A DNA stretch of 58,325 nt from an uncultured Chthoniobacteraceae bacterium (lineage in GTDB: Bacteria > Verrucomicrobiota > Verrucomicrobiia > Chthoniobacterales > CAKUMP01). Below the pieces are notes generated by a model. It was not told the DNA's origin. It did not search any database and worked only from the letters and a program-made list of their open reading frames with translations. The stretch lies in the NCBI GenBank assembly GCA_965365475.1, contig CBDUBV010000004.1:1-58325 (forward strand), in the 5' to 3' direction. Positions 1 to 8,075 of this stretch are shown here, one piece after another. Within the stretch, counting starts at the first letter, position 1, and every line of letters starts with the position of its first letter. The position numbers and the translations under genes were made by a program.

Positions 1-118
1 TGGCGTTAGAACTCCAGTTTGCGGTTCCGCCAGTCCATGTCGCGGCAGTAGTGATTTGTGGACAGGCCAGCGCGAGCGCGGTGGCCAGCATGAGAGTGAA
101 GGGGCGCATAGTTTTCAT
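1..118 (-). CDS. 5' portion of a secreted protein (runs off the left edge); signal peptide followed by W-rich motif WTGGTANWS
   Basis: Manual translation from ATG at 118: MKTMRPFTLMLATALALACPQITTAATWTGGTANWSSNA. Sec-type signal peptide; divergent from the LacI gene; absent from the ORF track. Confidence 0.7.
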   Translation of the reverse strand, partial: MKTMRPFTLMLATALALACPQITTAATWTGGTANWSSNA

Positions 119-204
119 TAGATTATTTTGATGCAGAGGTTGAAATATGATGCTTAACAAACTGCATGAGATTTTCATTCTTTTGTTTGCTCGTCAATGC
201 ATCC

Positions 205-223
205 GATGCTTAATGGTTAAGCA
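205..223. promoter_or_regulatory. Palindromic candidate operator TGCTTAA-TGG-TTAAGCA, probably for the adjacent LacI regulator
   Basis: Perfect 7-bp arms (207-213 / 217-223) in a divergent intergenic region; half-site GATGCTTAA (205-213) recurs at 149-157. Confidence 0.55.
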
Positions 224-274
224 CGCCGCAATGTCGCAAATTGGTCACCGCCGCTTGCTGCAAATATTTTTCTC

Positions 275-1300
275 ATGAACCCAATAAAACGTGTCACCTT
301 GCGAGACATCGCCCGAGAGGCGGGGCTCACGGCGGCGGCCGTCTCAATGGCCTTGAAAAACCATCCACGCATCTCCAAGGCGACCATAACGAGAGTGCGC
401 CAGATCGCAGACCGTCTTGGTTATATCGAGAATCCGCTTCTTTCGCGGCTTATGACCGAGCTGCAACAGCAGAAAAAACGCCCCTACAGCGAGACGATCG
501 CTCTGCTGACAGCGTATGAAGATAGCACCGTCAAGCGGGAACCGTACCTGCGGGAGTTGTTTTGGGGCATTCATGATCGCAGCCGGGAACTTGGATACGG
601 GGTGGAGGAGTTTAACGCCCTAAGCCTAAAGGTAAGCGGTGCCAGACTGGCTGAGATTCTGATTGCTCGCGGCGTGCGGGGCGTGATCGTGGCACCGTTC
701 CGGGGCGGGCGGAGGCATATTTCATTGGATTTTACCAAGTTTGCAGCGGTAGCAGCTGGCGTTCGGACGCACCGTCCGCCGATAGATTGCGCAGTCACTG
801 ACCACTTTTATAATTTGTATAAACTAGCTCAACGGCTCTACCGTGCGGGGTATCGCCGCATGGCATTTGCCACCGAGCGCGAACGGCTGGCGCGCAACGA
901 ATTCCGCTGGCTGGGTGGATACCTGACCGCCCTTGCCAACATGAGCCATCGGCAAAAGCCCATGGTTTTTCAGCCAAGCGCGCCAGATGCTGCTGCTTTT
1001 CACAAATGGCTAAAGCGAGAGAAACCCGACGCGATCATATCGAGCATTCCGGCGGCACTGGTATGGCTGCGCGGGGCTGGTCTTTCAGTGCCAGAAGACA
1101 TGGGATACCTTGCTACGAGTTGCGGCCTGGGTATCTATCCGAGCGCGGTCTCGGGGACGGATGAAAGACCCTGCGAAGTCGGGCGCACCGCAGTGGACCT
1201 CCTGGCTTCGCAGCTTGCCCGCAATGAGCATGGGCTTCCGATGCTCGCCCATGCGACATTGGTAAAGGGCAATTGGGTGGATGGTGGAACGATTCGATGA
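275..1300 (+). CDS. LacI-family transcriptional regulator
   Basis: N-terminal HTH VTLRDIAREAGLTAAAVSMAL plus periplasmic-binding-protein-like effector domain; 341 aa. Confidence 0.95.
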   Translation: MNPIKRVTLRDIAREAGLTAAAVSMALKNHPRISKATITRVRQIADRLGYIENPLLSRLMTELQQQKKRPYSETIALLTAYEDSTVKREPYLRELFWGIHDRSRELGYGVEEFNALSLKVSGARLAEILIARGVRGVIVAPFRGGRRHISLDFTKFAAVAAGVRTHRPPIDCAVTDHFYNLYKLAQRLYRAGYRRMAFATERERLARNEFRWLGGYLTALANMSHRQKPMVFQPSAPDAAAFHKWLKREKPDAIISSIPAALVWLRGAGLSVPEDMGYLATSCGLGIYPSAVSGTDERPCEVGRTAVDLLASQLARNEHGLPMLAHATLVKGNWVDGGTIR

Positions 1301-1378
1301 AGGACGTTTGGGTTGAAACGCTGGAGTTTGCTGCGCCCTGCCAACCCCGCGCTGCCCTCAAGCCTACACGCACCACAC

Positions 1379-1442
1379 GGAGCACGGATATTCTCGTCCG
1401 CTCGCTTACCCGCTAAGATGCGGACAAGAATGTCCGCGCTCC
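1379..1442. repeat. REP-like inverted doublet (two 23-bp arms, 18-bp spacer)
   Basis: GGAGCACGGATATTCTCGTCCGC (1379-1401) vs GCGGACAAGAATGTCCGCGCTCC (1420-1442): 20/23 complementary. The right arm is internally palindromic (GCGGAC-N6-GTCCGC). Lies between convergent genes. Confidence 0.7.
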
Positions 1443-1455
1443 GACTGATCGATGC

Positions 1456-1980
1456 CTACCGCGACTTCGACTCAAGCTCAACAAACCAATCGAGAGCCTG
1501 CTCGACGTGCCCACGATTCAGGCTATGCCCTCCTTCGTGCATTTCGAAACGTACATTTTTAGCTAAGCGGCGAAGCTCAGCCGCTATCTCTTCACCTTCC
1601 GACACTGGCGCAATCTTGTCCGACGCGCCGTTGCTCAGGAAATAGGCGGCTTCATCGAACTTCGTTTTTGGAATCTTCAATTCCTTGCAAGCATCCTCCA
1701 GCTTGAGTTCGTTGGCGCCGCCGAGAAAGAATCCGAGCGGCTCGATTTGCATTTCTTTTATGACGTAGGCCGCGAGGTAAAAGCAGTTCTTCGCGCCGCC
1801 GGAAAAACCGGCGTGGTAGTGCCGCCAGGCTTTCGACTTCGGCCAGAGCGCGGCAAGCTCGGCGAGCGCCCGCCGCAAACAGGCGTCGCGCGCGGCATGA
1901 TAGTTGTTTTCTTTCCGCTCGGGAGTTCCCGATTCCGCTCCCAGCACGACATATCTGCGGCTCGCGCACCATTTCCCCAT
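1456..1980 (-). CDS. Alpha/beta-hydrolase (esterase-like), possibly N-terminally truncated
   Basis: Nucleophile elbow GFSGG, Asp in GASDKIAP, His in EGGHSL; only 174 aa; in-frame stop at 2038-2040 upstream. Confidence 0.65.
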   Translation of the reverse strand: MGKWCASRRYVVLGAESGTPERKENNYHAARDACLRRALAELAALWPKSKAWRHYHAGFSGGAKNCFYLAAYVIKEMQIEPLGFFLGGANELKLEDACKELKIPKTKFDEAAYFLSNGASDKIAPVSEGEEIAAELRRLAKNVRFEMHEGGHSLNRGHVEQALDWFVELESKSR

Positions 1981-2097
1981 GCGGAAGCGCGGGAGGTTTT
2001 CATAGAGTTTCAGGGGGTGAACAGCACGGCGATCAACTTAAGCCGCGGGACTTTGAATTTCGGGAGCTCTCACATATCATGGTTCGCCACGTATGCG

Positions 2098-3978
2098 CTA
2101 TTCGCTGATGTAAAAAGCGGGGTTGGGAATTTGCTCTCGGGTCAGCGATTTGTTTTCTCCATCGCGGGTCTCATCGATGACCACGGGCCACTGCCCGGTC
2201 ACTTTGAAAACGAGCGACCATTGGCCGTCGATGCCCACAAATGCAGGCTCGGGCGTTCCTTTCGGCTTCATACTCAGGGGATATATCTGGCCTCCAAGCA
2301 ACTCGACTTTTCCGCGCTCGTTGCGCAGCACTGTGCCGTAAGGCTGGCCGACCTCGATCTTGTAGCCGAAGAGCCAGAGGTTGCCGCCCTTGTTGCTGAT
2401 CAGATTCGTCCCGAATTCGGAATTGATCTGCCGCGCCCAGAGGTTGACCGGGTGCGCGATGTGCAGGTGGGCCATGTAGTCCTCGAGGAAGATGTCACCC
2501 GTGCCGCGCGCCGTGTTGGAAAGCATGCCTCCTGGGCTGCGAAGAACGATGGTCTTTGGCGAATCGAAAAGGATGGGGCGCCCGGCGTGGTGCGCCTTGC
2601 CTTTCTGCTGGCCATGAACGCGGATGTATTCCATTTCGAAAATGTCGTGATTAGTCGGCTCGATGCGGAGGATGGGATCGACACCGTTGCCGTGCGGCGC
2701 GAGAATCCATGCGCGTCCGCCGGCCATTTTGCGGACGTTGCCGCGTACGATGACGGTGTTGCTCACGTCATAGCGTCCGGGCGGGAAAAAGACGAACGGC
2801 TTGCCGGAATCGATGGCTTGCTGGATCGCGGCGCTGTCGTCGTCGCGGTTGTTTTCGGGCGAGCCCGGCGTGGCGCCGAAGTCGGTGACGATGGCCCATT
2901 GGGAGAAATCGTTCGTCCACCATTCTTCAGGCGTCTCTTTCACCGGCAGACCGAGCGAAGTCTTGCGGTTGCCGAAACCAGTTGTGGCCTCGCCGCAGTA
3001 TTCACTCGCGAGATCAGCGGCAGAGGCCTGGCCGGCTTTTCCAGACGCTCCGGCGGTGAAGCCGGTGACAACCACGTTGCGGGCGAAGAGCGTACCGTCA
3101 TTCACGATGGCGGGTCCGCTGGTTCCGGAGAGCGCGGAGTCGATGACTACGGCGAAAGGATTGCCATTTTTGCTTTCGAGCGCGGGGGAGCTTCCCTGCG
3201 ACTGCCATTTGCGCAGAAAAATGCTGTTGCTGTCGTTGAAAATAGCCGTCTTGCGCTGGCTGATCGTGACAAGGTCTTCAAAGGTCATGCTGTATTGTCC
3301 TGTGGCCATGCGAACCGCAAAGTCGAAGCCTTCGATTCGCGTCCTTTTTACCAGCGCTGGCCCGGGCCAAGGGCGTTCCATGAGGATGCCGCAGTAGCCG
3401 GAATCGGCGGGTGCACGGAGGGTGACGAATTTGATCACGCCATTATTGTTGGCCATGTAGTCGATGGCCACCGCGCCGGGATTTCCTGCGCCGGCATCGA
3501 CTGTGAGATTGATGAAGCTATTGGCAAAAGCTTGATTGCCCCCGCAAGCGCGCTTGCGAGTGTCGTTCGAGCCGCAACTGAGGATGGCTTTGGGAGTTCC
3601 GGTATCGTTGAAGCCCGGGGCGGAATCCTTCAAGCGGATGATGGTCTTGTCGCGGTTCTCGCCGAGCAGGCACATACCGCTCGCCCACCGGCCTTTGTGA
3701 TCTGCGGACCAGATGGTGTCCGAGACAAGGTAGGTGCCCTCGGGCAAATAGACAAAAGCAGGGATGTATTTGCCGTTTTGAATAGCTTGCGTCACGGCTT
3801 TTTGAATGGCAGCCGTGTCGTCGGTGACTCCATCGCCTTTGGCACCAAATTCTTCTCGCACATTGAGGACACCGGCATTCGGAGGAAACTGAAAGATCGT
3901 GGAGCTTGGCTGAACACCGAGTACCCAACGAGCACACAAAGAGAAAAGAAGAAGATAAAATGGTATGAAGGTTCGCAT
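2098..3978 (-). CDS. Secreted beta-helix glycoside hydrolase (GH55 / Pectate_lyase_3-like)
   Basis: Signal peptide MRTFIPFYLLLFSLCARWVLG; two copies of the beta-helix cap motif (FGAKGDGVTDDTAAIQKA...YLPEGTYLVSDT and FGA...DDSAAIQQA...FFPPGRYDVSNT). Start set at ATG 3978. Confidence 0.85.
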   Translation of the reverse strand: MRTFIPFYLLLFSLCARWVLGVQPSSTIFQFPPNAGVLNVREEFGAKGDGVTDDTAAIQKAVTQAIQNGKYIPAFVYLPEGTYLVSDTIWSADHKGRWASGMCLLGENRDKTIIRLKDSAPGFNDTGTPKAILSCGSNDTRKRACGGNQAFANSFINLTVDAGAGNPGAVAIDYMANNNGVIKFVTLRAPADSGYCGILMERPWPGPALVKRTRIEGFDFAVRMATGQYSMTFEDLVTISQRKTAIFNDSNSIFLRKWQSQGSSPALESKNGNPFAVVIDSALSGTSGPAIVNDGTLFARNVVVTGFTAGASGKAGQASAADLASEYCGEATTGFGNRKTSLGLPVKETPEEWWTNDFSQWAIVTDFGATPGSPENNRDDDSAAIQQAIDSGKPFVFFPPGRYDVSNTVIVRGNVRKMAGGRAWILAPHGNGVDPILRIEPTNHDIFEMEYIRVHGQQKGKAHHAGRPILFDSPKTIVLRSPGGMLSNTARGTGDIFLEDYMAHLHIAHPVNLWARQINSEFGTNLISNKGGNLWLFGYKIEVGQPYGTVLRNERGKVELLGGQIYPLSMKPKGTPEPAFVGIDGQWSLVFKVTGQWPVVIDETRDGENKSLTREQIPNPAFYISE

Positions 3979-4037
3979 GTTATCCTTAATATACTTGAGA
4001 CTAGGCGTGCGCAATCATTGTTTGTTTCCCTTTCGGA

Positions 4038-4451
4038 TCAGTGCATACTTCGTAGAAGCTCTTTGCGGACGCGATTGAGGACTAAGTCCACCGCCTGATC
4101 TCTTGATTGGTTTTCCCAAAGCGTAGGATTGCGCTGTGCCCACTCTCTCACGCGGTCCAGGGCCGCGGCCATGTCCGTCGGGAGTTCGGGGAGACAGGTG
4201 GCGGGAGATACAGGAGGCATGTGGGGAGCAGGAGCGGACTCGCCGCCTGACAGCCAGGCATGCAGAGCCGGCAAACAATCTTCTGGACGCTGGTAGATTT
4301 GCCACGTTTTGTTGTCCCGATCTGGGTCGATGCTTTCGATATACTCGGACGCCAGGTGGAAATCATTGCACTGGTTGCGGATCAAGCTTTTACAAGCATC
4401 GGCATGTTTTTCCAACCTGCCTTTAGTTCCTGTGCTGTATTTTTTGTCCAT
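4038..4451 (-). CDS. Hypothetical protein
   Basis: Open frame filling the gap, co-oriented with the GH55-like gene; two helical-looking segments joined by a Pro-rich linker; no motif recognised. Confidence 0.55.
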   Translation of the reverse strand: MDKKYSTGTKGRLEKHADACKSLIRNQCNDFHLASEYIESIDPDRDNKTWQIYQRPEDCLPALHAWLSGGESAPAPHMPPVSPATCLPELPTDMAAALDRVREWAQRNPTLWENQSRDQAVDLVLNRVRKELLRSMH

Positions 4452-4566
4452 TGCCAATGTGTAAACTTTCCATCACGAAATGGCCAACGCGGAATAATAT
4501 TGGGACGCCTACTTGTTGGATGAAGTTTTTTTATGATCTGGCAAGGATCTAGCTTGTAGAGCGTAT

Positions 4567-5067
4567 GTGAACGAGAATGAACATACGTTGGAAGACGCAG
4601 TAACCTCGCGACTACTCAATCAGATCAGCGGCTATCTGGAATTGGGGATGCCGCAGGAAGCTTTATGGGAGATTGAAGCTCTGCATGAGGATTTGCGCCA
4701 TTTGCCCGTGGTACGCAATTTTCAGCTTATGGCTTTGATTTCCATGCGGAAATTCCGGATCGCGGTGACCATCGCGCGTGATGCGATAGCGGATTACCCA
4801 GAAGTAAGTGAGTTCTACATCCACGCGGGTGCGGCATTGGCGGCCATGAAACGAGCTGGTGAAGCGCGACAGATATGGGATTCCGCCCCTAAAACCTTGC
4901 AACGAACCAGCATCTTTCAACTGAACGTCGCATTCTGCGAAGTGGAGCTTGGAGATATTCTGCGGGCTCGTGCTTCTTTGCAACGGGCCATTGCAATCGA
5001 CCCTGAGGTAATTCCACTGGCAAAGCAGGAGCCCAGGTTGTGCGAACTTTTAGAGAAGCAAAGTTAG
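4567..5067 (+). CDS. Tetratricopeptide-repeat protein
   Basis: Helical repeats with TPR-like spacing (GYLELGMPQEA..., NVAFCEVELGDILRARASLQRAIAIDP). Confidence 0.75.
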   Translation: MNENEHTLEDAVTSRLLNQISGYLELGMPQEALWEIEALHEDLRHLPVVRNFQLMALISMRKFRIAVTIARDAIADYPEVSEFYIHAGAALAAMKRAGEARQIWDSAPKTLQRTSIFQLNVAFCEVELGDILRARASLQRAIAIDPEVIPLAKQEPRLCELLEKQS

Positions 5068-5678
5068 TTGCGTCGTTGATTTTCCATATAATCGAGGACC
5101 ATCCGCAGGCGTTGGTTTATGTCGCTGCACTCGAGGATTTGCTGCTGACGGTGACAATCTGGAATGCAAGTAGCAGCGACAAGGTCGGCAAGTGCTCCGC
5201 CCTGGCCATCGACGCCGAGCATGATTTCCATGAATGGAGATGCCTTTCTAATACTGGAGGTGTTCTGGCAGATGCTTCGCAGTTGAGCAGCGAGCTGCTC
5301 GGACTCCTCCCGATTGGCCACGCTTTCTTTTACAGCCGTCAGCCGGGCTTGCCAGAAAGGTGTTCCTGGAACAAACTCTTCCAGTTTTACACGGCGGACG
5401 CCTTGAAGAATGAGATGGGATGAACCGTCGCGCTGTGTCACGCTCGCACGGATGAGCCCAAGGCCGGCGACGGAATGAAAATCTGAAGGCGAGACGGCTT
5501 TGTCTCTGCCCTGGCGGATCATTGCCACAGCAAACATCCTGTCGTGTGCGAGAGAGAATTTCAGCATGTCGCGGTAGCGTGGCTCGAAAATATAAAGCGG
5601 CAACAAAGCACCGGGAAGCAAGAGAGCATGGGAGAGCACCATCACAGGTGAAGTCGGAGGCAGTGTAATCGTATGCAT
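5064..5678 (-). CDS. Stand-alone Lon protease N-terminal (substrate-binding) domain protein
   Basis: LLPGALLPLYIFEPRYRDML signature; no AAA+ or protease domain; 204 aa. Confidence 0.9.
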   Translation of the reverse strand: MHTITLPPTSPVMVLSHALLLPGALLPLYIFEPRYRDMLKFSLAHDRMFAVAMIRQGRDKAVSPSDFHSVAGLGLIRASVTQRDGSSHLILQGVRRVKLEEFVPGTPFWQARLTAVKESVANREESEQLAAQLRSICQNTSSIRKASPFMEIMLGVDGQGGALADLVAATCIPDCHRQQQILECSDINQRLRMVLDYMENQRRN

Positions 5679-5733
5679 ACCGGCGTTACGAATTCACAAG
5701 CGGTCAAGATGCTCGTCAATGTGGTTGTGAGTC

Positions 5734-5818
5734 CGGATGGGGAGGGATTCGAACCCTCGTTACCTTTCGGTAAACACGCTTTCCAGGCGTGCGCGATCGA
5801 CCACTCTGCCACCCATCC
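5734..5818 (-). tRNA. tRNA-Ser (anticodon GGA)
   Basis: GGATGGG/CCCATCC acceptor stem, anticodon arm CACGC-CTGGAAA-GCGTG, long variable arm, GGTTCGAATCC T-arm, discriminator G; CCA not encoded. Confidence 0.97.
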
Positions 5819-6018
5819 ATCGGCTTATGAGTCGCCCCGGTGGTTCAGGGCGAGTGCGGAATGTGACGCCTCGCGATCTTCTTCGCAAGCAAGAAGCCAG
5901 CAAGTTGGATTTTTTCTGCGCAAACACAAAAGTGGGAGAAATTCGTGCCCACATGTCGATGGGAGCTTGACGATGTATTAGCTCGCGGAGGAAGTTTGTC
6001 GGCTTCAAAGTCCTTTGT

Positions 6019-7185
6019 ATGCGCCCGCTTATTTACCTCGACCACAATGCCACCACCCCGGTTGATCCAGCTGTGCTGGAGGAGATGCTTCCTTTTCTCA
6101 AGGATGACTATGGAAATCCTTCCAGCGTGTATAGTTTCGGCACGCGCGTGCGCAAAGCAATCGATCTGGCTCGCGAGCGGGTGGCTGCTTTCATAGGGTG
6201 TGAGCCTGGCGAGGTCACATTTACCAGTTGCGGCACAGAATCGAATAACGCGGTTATTCAGTCTGCGATGTGGGTGGATCGCGATCGGCAACAGTTGGTG
6301 ACTACCGCCGTGGAGCATAGCGCGATCATGAAACACGCAGAAGTGCTCGCCCGCCGAGGCCATCCGGTTACGCTTTTGCCGGTGGATGCAGAGGGACGGC
6401 TGTCTTTGGATGAAGTCGCGGCAGCCATCACCGACGAGACTGCAATCCTCAGTGTGATGTGGGCAAACAATGAAACTGGTGTGGTTTTTCCCGTCGAGAA
6501 AATCGCCGAGATTGCCCGTGAGAAGGACGTGCTTTTCCATACCGATGCCGTGCAGGCTGTGGGTAAACTCCCCATTGGCGTATCAGAGTTGGGCATACAT
6601 GCGCTGTCGATTTCCGGCCACAAGCTTTATTGTCCCAAAGGCGTGGGTGCTTTATACATAAACCGACGTTCTCGTTTCCATCCGTATCTTATTGGCGGAG
6701 GGCAGGAGGGCGGTCGGCGCGGGGGCACGGAGAATGTGGCTTCCATCGTGGCGTTGGGCAAGGCGGCGGAGCTTGCCGCAGCCTTGCAGCACACCGACCA
6801 CATGCGGGGGCTTCGGGATTATTTTGAAGCGGAGGTGTTTGCCCGGATTGAGGGCGTACAGATAAATGGTCATCGCGAAGATCGTCTGCCAAACACCAGC
6901 AACCTGAGCTTTTCTGGAGTGGAAGCAGAAGGGCTGCTTTTCCTCTTAGACAAGGACAACATCTGTGCATCTGCGGGCTCTGCCTGCACTACGGGTTCGC
7001 TGAAACCCTCCCATGTGCTTTCCGCCATGGGGCTTTCTGCTGATCGTGCCCGCAGTAGTATCCGATTTTCTTTTGGCAAACAAAATACCCACCTTGAAGT
7101 GGACCAGGTGCTGGAGGTTCTCGTCCGCGCAGTGGATAAAATGCGATCCCTTCGACCGCCCGGACCAGTTGCAATGCATCGATAG
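6019..7185 (+). CDS. iscS: Cysteine desulfurase (IscS/NifS group I)
   Basis: YLDHNATTP, HTDAVQAVGK, SGHK PLP lysine, SAGSACT catalytic Cys. Confidence 0.92.
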   Translation: MRPLIYLDHNATTPVDPAVLEEMLPFLKDDYGNPSSVYSFGTRVRKAIDLARERVAAFIGCEPGEVTFTSCGTESNNAVIQSAMWVDRDRQQLVTTAVEHSAIMKHAEVLARRGHPVTLLPVDAEGRLSLDEVAAAITDETAILSVMWANNETGVVFPVEKIAEIAREKDVLFHTDAVQAVGKLPIGVSELGIHALSISGHKLYCPKGVGALYINRRSRFHPYLIGGGQEGGRRGGTENVASIVALGKAAELAAALQHTDHMRGLRDYFEAEVFARIEGVQINGHREDRLPNTSNLSFSGVEAEGLLFLLDKDNICASAGSACTTGSLKPSHVLSAMGLSADRARSSIRFSFGKQNTHLEVDQVLEVLVRAVDKMRSLRPPGPVAMHR

Positions 7186-7321
7186 CAAAATTGCGTGTGA
7201 TAGCATGTCGAAAAGCTTGCCTGCGGACGACGATCCGAAGCAGCCGCTGCATCCGCGAGCGTAGTGAAATCGGGGCAAGGGCCTTTTTTCGTAAAATAAC
7301 TCGTTTAGAATTAAAAAAAAT

Positions 7322-7677
7322 TGGAGGCGAGGGGAGTTGAACCCCTGTCCTTAACGCTTTCCAAACAAACTTCTACATGCGTAGCCGACTCTTGTATTTA
7401 GGGTCCGTGCTGCCTGCCGGCCAGCCACACTCGCCCGATCGTCCACGAGTTGAATCTTACCCTCAGGCGCGGTCGATCCGCCCAAGAGCCAGCCTGCTGT
7501 CGTCGCATCCCCTCGTAGCAGGCGTCCAAGGGAACACGTCGCGGTCAATTAAGCCGCGAGAGCGAGATCTTCTGTCTCTGCATTTATTTGTTTTGATCCG
7601 GATTTTAACGAGGCCAACGAATCATCCTCGGCATGCAGTCTGATCTTCTAACATCAAGTCGAAACCAGTACGCCCCC
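7322..7677 (-). ncRNA. ssrA: tmRNA (transfer-messenger RNA); tag (A)AETEDLALAA encoded at 7549-7581
   Basis: 5' GGGGGCG pairs with 3' CGCCTCC-A including the G3-U wobble; GGTTTCGAC near the 5' end; T-arm GGGGTTCAACTCCCC; internal tag ORF ending LALAA-stop. Confidence 0.96.
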
Positions 7678-7696
7678 TTTCTACAAAGAGTTGCTC

Positions 7697-7725
7697 AGAG
7701 TAATAGAGAATCCTTTGCCTGACAA
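7697..7725 (-). promoter_or_regulatory. Candidate sigma70 promoter of ssrA
   Basis: TTGTCA-N17-TACTCT on the minus strand, ending about 20 nt upstream of the mature tmRNA 5' end. Confidence 0.45.
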
Positions 7726-7805
7726 GGGGGAATTTATATTTAAAATCGTCCTTTTGTGCGCACCTTGCAGCCTGTCGGCTTGCCAACGGTGTTAAGCTCG
7801 GCACC

Positions 7806-8075
7806 ATGCAAAATGAGCACGAGTGGACCGACCGCACGGAGGAGGGTGTGAAACGCACATACCGTGCGATCAAATTCGGCGGAAAGTGGAAATTCCAATC
7901 CAAGTTGCGCAGCGAAGAAAGATGGACCATCCACGACCCTCCAGCGGTTGAAGACCTTGCGAAAGTCCACGACATCCTTTTCCGGAAATACCAGCGCCGC
8001 CGCGTCCCCTACGAGGATGTGGCACACATCGAGTCGATGCTGGTCGCCGCCGGCGGCACGCCTGCACATGATTGA
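7806..8075 (+). CDS. Small hypothetical protein
   Basis: 89 aa with protein-like composition (HEWTDRTEEGVKRTYRAIKFGGKWKFQSK); overlaps the bioA start by 8 nt. Confidence 0.75.
   Translation: MQNEHEWTDRTEEGVKRTYRAIKFGGKWKFQSKLRSEERWTIHDPPAVEDLAKVHDILFRKYQRRRVPYEDVAHIESMLVAAGGTPAHD

Noticed and set aside
1747-4098. 783-aa plus-strand ORF
   Set aside because: Antisense shadow of the GH55-like gene; no motifs; long antisense frames are expected with GC-rich codon usage.
6958-6978. CATCTGTGCATCTGCG resembling the GxxExxY repeat
   Set aside because: 8-nt periodicity, inside the conserved ICASAGSAC coding motif of iscS; coincidental.
7351-7643. Short ORFs at 7351-7548 and 7377-7643
   Set aside because: They lie within the tmRNA gene.
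5734-7677. Genomic island integrated at tRNA-Ser or tmRNA
   Set aside because: No integrase and no duplicated 3' end seen by eye; flanking genes look like core genes.
7864-8067. N-terminal extensions from the ORF track (bioA from 7864; likewise 15449, 26854, 30263, 39745, 40406, 49645, 56525)
   Set aside because: They overlap neighbouring genes or precede the family-typical N-terminus; downstream ATGs were chosen.
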